Source: Rickettsiales bacterium (GTDB lineage: Bacteria > Pseudomonadota > Alphaproteobacteria > Rickettsiales > JABIRX01). From it: 64,000 nt of DNA. Positions 1-8,105 of the stretch are shown in pieces (position 1 is the stretch's first letter; every line of letters starts with the position of its first letter). The notes under the pieces were generated by a model. It saw only the letters and a program-made list of their open reading frames with translations. It made no database searches and was not told the origin of the DNA. The position numbers were made by a program, and so were the translations under genes. The stretch covers positions 124 through 64,123 of the forward strand of contig JABJNB010000085.1 in NCBI GenBank assembly GCA_018659145.1, in the 5' to 3' direction.

Positions 1-90
1 AAATATTTGCATAAACTACTCTCTGTAATTGCTGGCTATAACCATAAAAAGATTGAAGACTTGCTGCCATGGAATCTTAAACTGGATTGA
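1..90 (+). CDS. IS66-family transposase (TnpC), C-terminal fragment; gene continues beyond the left edge
   Basis: Frame 1 is open from base 1 and reads KYLHKLLSVIAGYNHKKIEDLLPWNLKLD, with stop TGA at 88-90. The ...LLPWN tail is the conserved C-terminus of IS66-family transposases (recognised from memory, not searched). Confidence 0.6.
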   Translation, partial: KYLHKLLSVIAGYNHKKIEDLLPWNLKLD

Positions 91-124
91 GTTTTAAGAT
101 AGACCGGGTTCACCGGACGCTTAC
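1..124 (+). mobile_element. Right end of an IS66-family insertion sequence (partial)
   Basis: The transposase 3' end (1-90) is followed by gaccgggttcaccggacgcttac (102-124). Its complement begins GTAAGCG, the usual outermost bases of IS66-family terminal inverted repeats. Confidence 0.5.
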
Positions 125-340
125 CAATTAAGTTACTTGCAAGAATAAGCTCTGAAGGCAGAGGCCTGTTGGCTTTGTAGCTTATTTTTTGAAGATATGG
201 GGACAGTGTATGTAACTATCCAGCAAAAAAGTTAGTCATGCAAATAATTAAGCAAACTGTGACCAGACCTTTCCCCCAGATCTTTCCACTCCCGATTTAT
301 GGGAAGAGCAAAAAGAGGTTTTTGGGTTTTAATTTTATGC

Positions 341-1624
341 TTAAATCGTAACAATAACTTGCTCATAAAACTCAATCACCATATTTTCTATTATTTCAAT
401 AAATTTCTTAGGGTTGTAAAACTCAGCTTTATTAAAATCCAATGATAGACGGATAGTGATTTTTGATATCGATTCAGTTCTTTTAATGACGTCAGTATTG
501 TAAGTTTTAAACTTGCCGTCTCTCTCATTTTGTAGTTGTTTTAAACTACAATATACCTCTTTGCTTTTTCCATATTTAACACCAATTTTAATTTGGTCCT
601 CAAGACCAGATTTATCTAGCTGCTTGAGTAGTGAGGTAATTTGACCAATTGCTTTCTTTTCTTTTTCTGGCTCTACAGCAACTTTTATTGTTGCTCTTGT
701 GGATCTAAAATCAATATTAAGTAAAGTTCTTAGTTTTGTATTTAAGCAAACAAAAGTAGATTCCAGCTCTCTTTTGTTTTTAAGGTTTTCAATAATTTCA
801 TCACTTCTGTTTTTAGAAGGTTTTGTGTCTATTTTAATTGAGCAGCTAAGTTTATTATCTTTGCTGTCTTTATTTCGTAGTGATGATTTATAGACCTGTA
901 AACAAATATCTCTTTCTTCTTGAACCCATAAACTAGATACTCTTTCAATATGTTCATTTTTTATTTTGAGGTGATCTTCATTAATAACTTTTGCATCCTC
1001 TTTCCAGAATTTACCCATTGAATTGAAGTGCGATACATCTACCTTGTCACTATCCATATATTTTAATAATTCCTCTAAGATGTATACTTGCTCTGGATCG
1101 TGAGATTCTCTTTCTTCTAATATTCCCAAAATGACTCTTTCTATATACACCCAAGACCAATGGTGATAATTACAACTTCCCAACTTGGTTATTTTTGAGG
1201 ACAAGTCATTGGATATAGTAATTAAATCACAACCCCACTCTTTTGCTGTTTTTGCATATCTTTTTAATTGCTCTGGGCATAAATCTTGCTTTAGTTTTGT
1301 CTCAATTAATGCTCCCCATGATATTACTGGATTTCCCTTTCCTGTAGTAATTACTATCAAGCTGTCCGGCCTATCTTTTTCAGAGGTTTTTACTTCATCG
1401 AATGAATGTAAGGTTGCTGATTTATTGGTTATGCTGCCTGATATACTTCTTAGTAAATTTTCTCTAAGAGGCTTTACTGCGGTTAAGCAAGATAGGAATA
1501 TATTTCTAAGAATTTGCTCTGGTTGGCCAGATGTAGGAAATAAGGATGATCTCTTCCTTTCCAAAGCTGACGGTTCTATTTCTAGTAGTTCAGCTACCTC
1601 GTTTAAATTTTTAGCTTTTTTCAT
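341..1624 (-). CDS. Hypothetical protein with PD-(D/E)xK (RecB/Cas4-like) nuclease motifs
   Basis: 427-aa ORF with ATG start. Residues ~85-125 read RPDSLIVI...(20 aa)...ALIETKLKQDLCPEQLKRY, i.e. PD ... ExK followed by QxxxY. The remaining ~300 aa carry no motif I recognise. Confidence 0.7.
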   Translation of the reverse strand: MKKAKNLNEVAELLEIEPSALERKRSSLFPTSGQPEQILRNIFLSCLTAVKPLRENLLRSISGSITNKSATLHSFDEVKTSEKDRPDSLIVITTGKGNPVISWGALIETKLKQDLCPEQLKRYAKTAKEWGCDLITISNDLSSKITKLGSCNYHHWSWVYIERVILGILEERESHDPEQVYILEELLKYMDSDKVDVSHFNSMGKFWKEDAKVINEDHLKIKNEHIERVSSLWVQEERDICLQVYKSSLRNKDSKDNKLSCSIKIDTKPSKNRSDEIIENLKNKRELESTFVCLNTKLRTLLNIDFRSTRATIKVAVEPEKEKKAIGQITSLLKQLDKSGLEDQIKIGVKYGKSKEVYCSLKQLQNERDGKFKTYNTDVIKRTESISKITIRLSLDFNKAEFYNPKKFIEIIENMVIEFYEQVIVTI

Positions 1625-1707
1625 TGTTTTAATATTATTAATTTAATTGTTATTACAGAATTAATCTTTGATTTAGAATAAAATTTATAAGGCTAAATAT
1701 AAAGTTT

Positions 1708-2622
1708 TTATTTTTTACTAAAAAAATCAATTATAGGATGCTTATCTCTTTTAATATCTAAAAAATTACCAGAATCAATATTCATGACATTTAATAGATT
1801 GTTCATGTGAATTTTTAGTAACTTACTATCATCTTCATCTAATTGCTTTATAGATTCTCTATATTCCATAAATGCTCGCGCCAGAACCTCTTTATGTTTA
1901 TAAGGCTCCTCTAACTTTTTACTCTCCGCTCTTCTGTTGCCAAAGAACATTGTAACCCAAATTGCAAAAGCCATGAGTGGTAACTTAAGCAATTGATAAA
2001 GCAATAATTTTTCAAATGTATTTATTGTAATTGCGTCTGGGCTAGCCATTCCATAATAAACCACAAAACAAAAGCTATAAAACCAATTTTGATTTTTATA
2101 CTCTGTAACTTTTTTATTAAAAATACCGGCTAAATTTGCAGTTGTAGCTCCTGACAATAGCTCTGTTTCAATTCACTCACAAAGCTCATCATATTTTTCA
2201 GTTTGCTCATTATAAAAATCATTAACCTTGTCCATTAAGCCTTTAACTTTCTCTCCTGCCTCATCAACTTCTGTTTCGTAGCCCTATATTTCTTTCTTGA
2301 ACTTATCACCCTCTTCTTTGGTTTTGGTAAAATTTTCTATGAGATCTTTTAATTGCGTCTTAAAAGATTCTTCATCCTCATTTCCTTCGCATATTGTATT
2401 ATAGTACTCTTGGATGCTACCTAACTTATTAGAAATTTCTTTTACTGCTTTTTCTAGCAAGCCAATTTCACCATCCTTTGCTTCTGTAGAATTTAATAGG
2501 TTATTTGCAGCTTTTGATGAACTACAAAATTGATTAATTTCTGCAAACTTGTCTCTTATACTATTATTAATCAGCTCTACCAGCTGATCTTTTCTCATAG
2601 CTTTTATCGTTATTTCCTTCAT
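1708..2622 (-). pseudogene. Nonsense-interrupted gene (N-terminal coiled-coil plus two predicted TM helices); annotated in the track as two ORFs
   Basis: Track ORFs 2284..2622 and 1708..2157 are in the same frame. The gap between them is open in that frame except for TAG (2284-2286) and TGA (2173-2175). The downstream ORF needs a TTG start and has no ATG before residue 37. Confidence 0.5.
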
Positions 2623-2781
2623 TTTAAATATTTTATTAGCAAATAATTAAAGATAAATCAGAATCCATTTGATTGATATCTGCAATAAAAATAGTCAAAA
2701 TTTCGACAAAAGCATCAAAAATTCACTTGGAGTACCAAGATCACTTTCGCGAAACAAATTGCTTGAAGCCAGCAAAATTCG

Positions 2782-2810
2782 AAGAGGACACAAAATCGCC
2801 GTGTCCTCTT
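2782..2810 (-). terminator. Possible hairpin terminator downstream of tRNA-Ala
   Basis: Perfect 10-bp stem aagaggacac (2782-2791) / gtgtcctctt (2801-2810) with a 9-nt loop. On the minus strand it is followed by cgaattttgc, only a short T run. Confidence 0.25.
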
Positions 2811-2913
2811 GTGAGGATCTTAAGAAAAGTATAAAAGCCCACTAATACTCGGCTTGCAGCCTCGATGTAGAATATTAGAAAAATACGAGAGAGAGGGGTT
2901 TGTGTAAAAATGA

Positions 2914-2989
<76 letters not shown>

Positions 2990-3115
2990 TTTTGAAAATT
3001 TGATATTTTGTATATATTATAAGATAAGTTATTATGCAAGAAGTGGGTACTTTATATTGCGACACAGCCTGCTGCCGCTCGCCCGTCTTCAAGCAATGTA
3101 GATCTTTTTTGTATC

Positions 3116-3440
3116 AGTGCAAGCGCGCGGGTCATTACTGCCAAGAGTAAAAACAGAATTATGCGACAAACATCCTTGTATAATACCAAATCCCATCTTT
3201 GTGAGTTGGTATGAGGATTTGCCCGAGAGGCAAATCCTCCGCGTAGCGTAAGGCATACGCGGCCTTAGAGCGCCCCATCTTAGAACCGCTTTTAAGATGG
3301 GAATTGGTATAACAAGGGTTCGGCGCGCAATAAAAAATGAATTTAATATTTTTTTAAACAAAGAATCATAGGAGCGGGGTTTTCCCGCCTAGAAGCATCG
3401 AGCTCGGTCTAGTGCGGGCGAGGGGAGCCCGCCCCTACGA
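3116..3440. repeat. Composite dispersed repeat (GC-rich palindrome P plus linker module L), inverted relative to the copies at 25.2 and 28.2 kb, carrying a nested insertion
   Basis: cattactgccaagagtaaaaacagaattatgcgac...acaagggttcggcgcgcaataaaaaatgaatttaat...ggagcggggttttcccgcc...gcccgcccctac aligns base-for-base with the reverse complement of 28148-28336 and 25222-25400, apart from the block 3184-3309. Confidence 0.8.
3184..3309. mobile_element. 126-bp MITE-like element nested inside the repeat
   Basis: Terminal inverted repeats taccaaatcccatctt (3184-3199) and aagatgggaattggta (3294-3309) match at 15 of 16 positions. The element interrupts the small hairpin cccttg..caaggg that is intact in the other two copies. 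Its interior has two further stems (gaggatttgcc/ggcaaatcctc and ccgcgta/tacgcgg). Confidence 0.6.
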
Positions 3441-3466
3441 TAAAAATGAATGAGGGTTGCGTAAAA

Positions 3467-4381
3467 TCAGTATGATATGCTTATGGGTGCCCCAAGAGGG
3501 ATGGCCAGATTTGTTTGTTTGTGGCCAATGTCTTTGATCCTAAATACAGGGATGTTTAATAAAGGAATGAATGTTTCAATGACATGGTTTGTAGCATCAC
3601 TCTCTGGGCTGCCTGACTTTTGACTGATGTCTCCAATGAATAGCGTTTGGCAATGGCTAAAGCTCCCTGCATTGAGTAAATGCCTCAGGGATCTGTCAAG
3701 AGCGTAGGCAGGTTCGTCATATTCTTCGAGCAACATAGAGAAGGGAGATGGCTTGGCTATATCCCATGTGGTTCCTATACTTGTTTGGATTAATGATAAA
3801 TTGCCGCCTAATAAGGGAGGTAACTCAGCTCCTGGTTTGATAGATTTTGCTAGACTATTTAAGGGTGTGATAGAGTAGGAAAGTGTTTTGCTTTGATTAT
3901 TTAGGATGTTAAATAAGTGATCTACACTTTCTTTATTGATTGATCCTTTGGCGCATTGACTGAGAGTTGGTCCATGTAGGCTAGATAAGCCCCAGTGATT
4001 ATTGCATAGCAAATGCAAGGACGTAATGTCGCTAAAGCCAACTAGTAGTTTATTGGTTTGAGGTGGATCTGATTTGAGTAATTGCGGCAATAGACGTGAT
4101 AATCCATATCCGCCTCGGGTAACCATGATGATGTTTGATTCATTACCATATAAGGCATTTCTGAGTTCAGCCAATCTCATCTCATCACTATGGGCTAAGA
4201 AGGGATCTGTATTCTTATTTGGGAAGTCAAATAATATTGTCTCTACATCCCGGCTTCTTAAAAATAGTACCATTTCTGCTATCTCGGCATCGCTATTTGG
4301 ATATGCTGGTGAGATTAGATAGACTTTCTTCTCACTTTGTAGATCTGGCCATATCTTGGGACGATTAACTTTTAGCTGCAT
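3467..4381 (-). CDS. ldcA: LD-carboxypeptidase (muramoyltetrapeptide carboxypeptidase, peptidase S66)
   Basis: Motifs VTRGGYGLSRLL, the serine motif GFSDITSLH and C-terminal IGHKQTNLAIPLG, at S66-typical spacing and length (304 aa). Confidence 0.85.
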   Translation of the reverse strand: MQLKVNRPKIWPDLQSEKKVYLISPAYPNSDAEIAEMVLFLRSRDVETILFDFPNKNTDPFLAHSDEMRLAELRNALYGNESNIIMVTRGGYGLSRLLPQLLKSDPPQTNKLLVGFSDITSLHLLCNNHWGLSSLHGPTLSQCAKGSINKESVDHLFNILNNQSKTLSYSITPLNSLAKSIKPGAELPPLLGGNLSLIQTSIGTTWDIAKPSPFSMLLEEYDEPAYALDRSLRHLLNAGSFSHCQTLFIGDISQKSGSPESDATNHVIETFIPLLNIPVFRIKDIGHKQTNLAIPLGAPISISY

Positions 4382-5096
4382 TAATAAACTCCTTAAAAAT
4401 TAGATAATGTGGATTGAAATTTGTTATTTGTTCTGATTTGGCGCAGAGCATTTCGGGATGCCATTGTATGGCGACAACAAATTTCTTATCTTGGAGCTCA
4501 ATTGCCTCAATGACACCATCTTCTGCTCTGGCTGAGGTGATGATAGGGTCTTTTACAGAGGCAATAGCTTCCTGATGATGGGAGTTGGTGGATATAACTG
4601 ATTTTCCTACAATTTTATGCAAAATAGTGTTTATCTCAATGTTGATATTATGGTCTTTTGTGAGATCAAAATGTTCAATATTTGTAGCAGATATATTATT
4701 CACATCGGAGGTTAGTTTACAGCCAAATAATCCGGCTAATACTTGCATGCCACCACAAATACATAGCATTGGCAAATTTATTTCAAGTGCTTTTGTGATT
4801 ATTGATTTTTCGAACTCAAAGCGCGGAGTTTCTTGATAGGGTGATTGTTCAGCCTTGCCCTCATACCAGTTATCTGGCATTGCATAAAAACCTCCAGGGA
4901 CTAATAGGCCATCAATTATATCTAAATATTCTGATGCCGAGTTACTATCACCATAGGGTACAAGAAGAGGAGTCCCGCCGGCTAATCTAACTGCATCAAT
5001 ATAATGAGTACGCAGCGCAAAATAGGGAAAGTCAGAGAAGCTGCCACTCGCTTCCCAATCTAAGAGAATGCCTATTATTGGTTTTTTCTGCTTCAT
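4365..5096 (-). CDS. Class-I glutamine amidotransferase, peptidase C26 / gamma-glutamyl-GABA hydrolase (PuuD)-like
   Basis: Nucleophile elbow CICGGMQVL, then SHHQEA and AIQWHPE. The track start (5165) is TTG. The ATG at 5096 (MKQKKPIIGILLDWE) matches the usual N-terminus. Confidence 0.8.
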   Translation of the reverse strand: MKQKKPIIGILLDWEASGSFSDFPYFALRTHYIDAVRLAGGTPLLVPYGDSNSASEYLDIIDGLLVPGGFYAMPDNWYEGKAEQSPYQETPRFEFEKSIITKALEINLPMLCICGGMQVLAGLFGCKLTSDVNNISATNIEHFDLTKDHNINIEINTILHKIVGKSVISTNSHHQEAIASVKDPIITSARAEDGVIEAIELQDKKFVVAIQWHPEMLCAKSEQITNFNPHYLIFKEFINAAKS

Positions 5097-5185
5097 ATCT
5101 TTCTTGCCAAGGTTAATGGTTAAAGGGCTTGCTAGAATTGTTAATAACTTTGTTTTAACAGTCAATTGATGATTGATGTAATATT

Positions 5186-5268
5186 GCAGGGGCGGACCCG
5201 TGTGTCAGACCGTCTTGTAACACATTTAGATCTCTCTTGTTATCTGGGCGAGCACACGGGTCCGCTTC
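5186..5268. repeat. Divergent copy of the GC-rich palindromic element, in the divergent promoter region of the C26 gene and metZ
   Basis: Perfect 13-bp arms gcggacccgtgtg (5192-5204) and cacacgggtccgc (5253-5265) around a 48-nt spacer. The overall layout (aggggcgg...atct...ctgggcg...) resembles the P module. Confidence 0.6.
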
Positions 5269-5340
5269 TGTGGCATGATTTCTGCTTGTTTTTATGGCTG
5301 GTTATGGCAGGTTTGTTTTTTTCTGTTATTTACAAAGGAT

Positions 5341-6543
5341 ATGAGCAATTATAAAAATAAAAAATTAGATAATGATAATCTAAATTTAGAAACCAAACTA
5401 ATTCGGGGCGACACTCTTCGGACCAATTTTGGCGAGACATCAGAAGCACTGTTTTTAAATTCAGGATTTTGTTATAATGATGCGGAAACAGCAGAGAGTC
5501 GATTTAATGGTGAAGATCCTGGATATGTTTATTCGCGCTATGTTAATCCAACATTAAAACTTTTAGAAGACCGTTTGGTACTACTTGAGTCCGGGGCTGA
5601 ATCTGCTTGTGTGATGGCTAGTGGTATGGCCGCGGTATTTGCTTCAATTATGTGTCAGGCAAAAGCAGGAGATCATATTATTGCCAATAAAGTCTTATTT
5701 GGTTCTTGTTATCACATTATTACCCAAATTTTACCTAATTATAATATTAGCTACACGTTAGTTGATGGAAGTGATGTGGATAATTTTGCAAAGGCAATTC
5801 AAGATAATACAACCCTAGCTTTTATAGAGACTCCTTCTAACCCAACACTTGATTTGGTCGACATTGAAGGCTTGGCAAAGATTTGTAAAGCAAGTGACAT
5901 TAAGCTTATAGTTGATAATATTTTTGCAACGAATTTAATGCAGAAACCTCTTGATTTAGGAGCGGATATAGTTATATATTCTACGACTAAACATATAGAT
6001 GGGCAAGGGAGAACGTTAGGGGGAGCCGTTCTTGGAACTACTCAGTTTATTCAGGAACAGCTCCTTCCGTTTCATCGTCATACAGGTCCCGCATTATCGC
6101 CTTTTAATGCTTGGTGTGTGACTAAATCCCTAGAGACATTTACGCTTCGTGTTGAGAAGCAATGTGAGAATGCTCATAAATTAGCAGAATTTTTAGAATC
6201 ACATCCCAAAACATCTAAGGTTATTTTTCCTTACTTAAAGTCACATCCGCAACATGATCTAGCGAAGAAGCAAATGTTATCTGGTGGATCTATGATAGGA
6301 TTAGAGGTTAATGGCGGGAAGAGCGAAGCTTTTAGATTTATGAACCAATTAACTCTAGTTGATATCTCAAATAATTTAGGTGATTCCAAATCCCTAATTA
6401 CGCATCCAGGTACAACCACGCATTCAAATATTGAAGCAGAGGAGCGTATTAAGCTTGGCATTACAGATGGTTTAATGAGATTCTCCGTAGGTCTGGAGCA
6501 TGTAGATGATTTGATCAATGATATTAATAACGCTTTAAAATAG
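5341..6543 (+). CDS. metZ: O-succinylhomoserine sulfhydrylase / cystathionine gamma-synthase family PLP enzyme
   Basis: Trans-sulfuration family motifs YSRYVNPT and YSTTKHIDGQGR (PLP lysine). The ATG at 5341 (MSNYKNKK) is preferred, because the 22-aa upstream extension in the track lies in repeat/promoter DNA. Confidence 0.85.
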   Translation: MSNYKNKKLDNDNLNLETKLIRGDTLRTNFGETSEALFLNSGFCYNDAETAESRFNGEDPGYVYSRYVNPTLKLLEDRLVLLESGAESACVMASGMAAVFASIMCQAKAGDHIIANKVLFGSCYHIITQILPNYNISYTLVDGSDVDNFAKAIQDNTTLAFIETPSNPTLDLVDIEGLAKICKASDIKLIVDNIFATNLMQKPLDLGADIVIYSTTKHIDGQGRTLGGAVLGTTQFIQEQLLPFHRHTGPALSPFNAWCVTKSLETFTLRVEKQCENAHKLAEFLESHPKTSKVIFPYLKSHPQHDLAKKQMLSGGSMIGLEVNGGKSEAFRFMNQLTLVDISNNLGDSKSLITHPGTTTHSNIEAEERIKLGITDGLMRFSVGLEHVDDLINDINNALK

Positions 6544-6547
6544 TAAC

Positions 6548-7294
6548 ATGGCTGGACATTCAAAATATGCAAATATCAAGCATAGAAAAGCAGCGCAAGA
6601 TTCAAAAAGAACAAAGTTGTTTAGTAAAGCTGCTAAGGAGTTAATAGTAGCTGCAAAGGGTGGAGCTGATCCTGATGGTAATGCGAGACTGAGGTCGGCG
6701 ATTATTGCCGCCAAGTCCGTTAACCTTCCGAGGGAGCGTATTGAATATGCTATTAAAAAAGGTTCCGGTAATTTAGAGGCTAATAATTACGAAGAAATTC
6801 GTTATGAGGCATATGGTCCAGCGGGCAGTGCTTTTGTTATTGAGTGTTTAACTGATAGTCGTAATCGCGCGGCTGCTGCAGTTAGAGCGCTTTTTACTAA
6901 GAATGGTGGCTCTTTAGCTGAGAATGGTTCTGTCATCTTTATGTTTGAGCATAAAGGTGTTGTTCGTTTTAATAAATCGGTGGCATCCGATGATGAAATC
7001 TTTGAAGAAGCTGTGTTGCTTGGCGCTGATTCTGTAGAATCTGATGATGATTTACATGAGATTCAAACCGAGATAAATGGTTACCCAGAGATTCGTGATA
7101 GTTTAATTGCAAAATATGGTGACCCAGTATCGGCTGCCATTGAGTGGTTAGCGAAGGATAATATCGATATCGATGCCTCTAAGGCAGACACTATGCTGAA
7201 AGTTATAGATTTGCTTGAGGAAGATGACGATGTTCAAAACTTTTACACAAATGCTAATATTCCGGAAGATGAGGGTGATAAGGATGATGAATAA
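6548..7294 (+). CDS. yebC: YebC/PmpR family DNA-binding transcriptional regulator
   Basis: Canonical N-terminus MAGHSKYANIKHRKAAQDSKR. It is 248 aa long and immediately upstream of ruvC, as in many bacteria. Confidence 0.95.
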   Translation: MAGHSKYANIKHRKAAQDSKRTKLFSKAAKELIVAAKGGADPDGNARLRSAIIAAKSVNLPRERIEYAIKKGSGNLEANNYEEIRYEAYGPAGSAFVIECLTDSRNRAAAAVRALFTKNGGSLAENGSVIFMFEHKGVVRFNKSVASDDEIFEEAVLLGADSVESDDDLHEIQTEINGYPEIRDSLIAKYGDPVSAAIEWLAKDNIDIDASKADTMLKVIDLLEEDDDVQNFYTNANIPEDEGDKDDE

Positions 7295-7396
7295 TATCGT
7301 AGGGGCTAACCTTATGCTAGCCCTGGTACAAGGAATATATGTATTTGCTAAAAAACGGGCGGCCACAAGGGCATCCTCTGTAGTTAAGAGTTTATA

Positions 7397-7849
7397 ATGA
7401 GAATACTTGGAATTGATCCAGCATTAACTAAATCAGGTTGGGCGGTGATTGAGCGTGTAGGTAATACCAATAAATATATAGCTTCTGGGATTATTAAAAC
7501 TGACAGCAAAACACCGCTGCCTGAGCGTTTGAAGGTTATCTATAAAGCTGTTGCAAATGTGATAAGCGAATATAATCCAGATAGTGCATCTATAGAAGAA
7601 ACTTTCGTAAATAAGAATCCTGCGACTTCATTAAAGCTTGGTTGCGCTAGGGGAGCGATAATGACTTGTCTGGCTATGCATGATTTGCAAGTGTCTGAAT
7701 TTACAGCGAAATATATAAAAAAATCACTTACTGGATCAGGAGCCGCGGATAAAAATCAGATGCTCAAGATGATAACTTTACTAATGCCTAAGGCTCAGGT
7801 TAAATATGATGATGAGGCTGATGCAATTGCAATTGCGTTGGCGGCGTAA
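7397..7849 (+). CDS. ruvC: Crossover junction endodeoxyribonuclease RuvC
   Basis: MRILGIDPALTKSGWAVIE (catalytic Asp), IEETFVNKN and C-terminal DEADAIAIAL. Confidence 0.9.
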   Translation: MRILGIDPALTKSGWAVIERVGNTNKYIASGIIKTDSKTPLPERLKVIYKAVANVISEYNPDSASIEETFVNKNPATSLKLGCARGAIMTCLAMHDLQVSEFTAKYIKKSLTGSGAADKNQMLKMITLLMPKAQVKYDDEADAIAIALAA

Positions 7850-7884
7850 GGACTGAGATTGTTAGTCTATGTAAGTTTTTCTAT

Positions 7885-8041
7885 CACCTGAAATCAAAAT
7901 TCCAAATTTTTTCCTTCTTAAAATATGTATTATATTTGTATAATTTATTTCAAATAGTTTTTGCTATTAAAAAAATTTTACCAAAAAATCTAAAACTTTT
8001 ATCGACAAACTCTTTCGCAATTATAATTGCGAGACAGCCTG
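7885..8041. repeat. AT-rich MITE-like repeat, family T
   Basis: Left end cacctgaaatcaaaattccaaattttttccttcttaaaa and right end gcaattataattgcgagacagcctg. Same architecture and shared internal blocks as 18569-18702. Confidence 0.6.
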
Positions 8042-8105
8042 TTAGTGTTTAATCTGTATAATAAGGGTTGGCCCAGATTTGATATTAGCCGCAATTATTA
8101 GAGTC

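Noticed and set aside
125-340. Direct repeat of the tRNA-Ala 3' end (attR/attL) marking the islet border, and an 8-bp stem (aataagct/agcttatt) plus T-run at about 146-197 as a terminator.
   Set aside because: No copy of the tRNA 3' segment was found. The stem-loop has a very long loop and no assignable upstream gene other than the IS, so it is left unannotated.
699-1646. Plus-strand ORFs 699..893 and 1185..1646.
   Set aside because: They are antisense shadows of the 427-aa nuclease-motif gene. The translations are Ser/Leu/Phe-rich with no motifs.
2173-2175. The in-frame TGA as a sense codon (genetic code 4) or selenocysteine.
   Set aside because: TGA terminates conserved genes at their expected ends in this window (panB at 14676-14678, ddl at 35019-35021, wzm at 50751-50753). 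No SECIS-like hairpin follows, and a TAG also interrupts the same frame.
3089-3361. 90-aa ORF, together with similar ORFs at 25040..25369, 28095..28286, 28105..28386 and 28196..28438, several sharing the peptide LSHNS(A/V)FTLGSN.
   Set aside because: They lie entirely inside copies of the P/L dispersed repeat, in both orientations. The shared peptide simply reflects the repeated DNA. There are no start or RBS context and no recognisable protein features.
5266-5340. SAM-II/SAM-V riboswitch upstream of metZ (also looked for upstream of metK at 23893-23975, and an SAH riboswitch upstream of ahcY at 26725-26846).
   Set aside because: I could not find the conserved AAAGCU-containing pseudoknot core or a convincing P1/triplex arrangement by eye. 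A covariance-model scan (Rfam RF00521, RF01826, RF01057) would be needed to exclude them formally.
5166-5354. 62-aa ORF, and the 22-codon N-terminal extension of metZ (5275-5340).
   Set aside because: Both run through the palindromic element and promoter region. The conserved MetZ sequence begins at the ATG at 5341.
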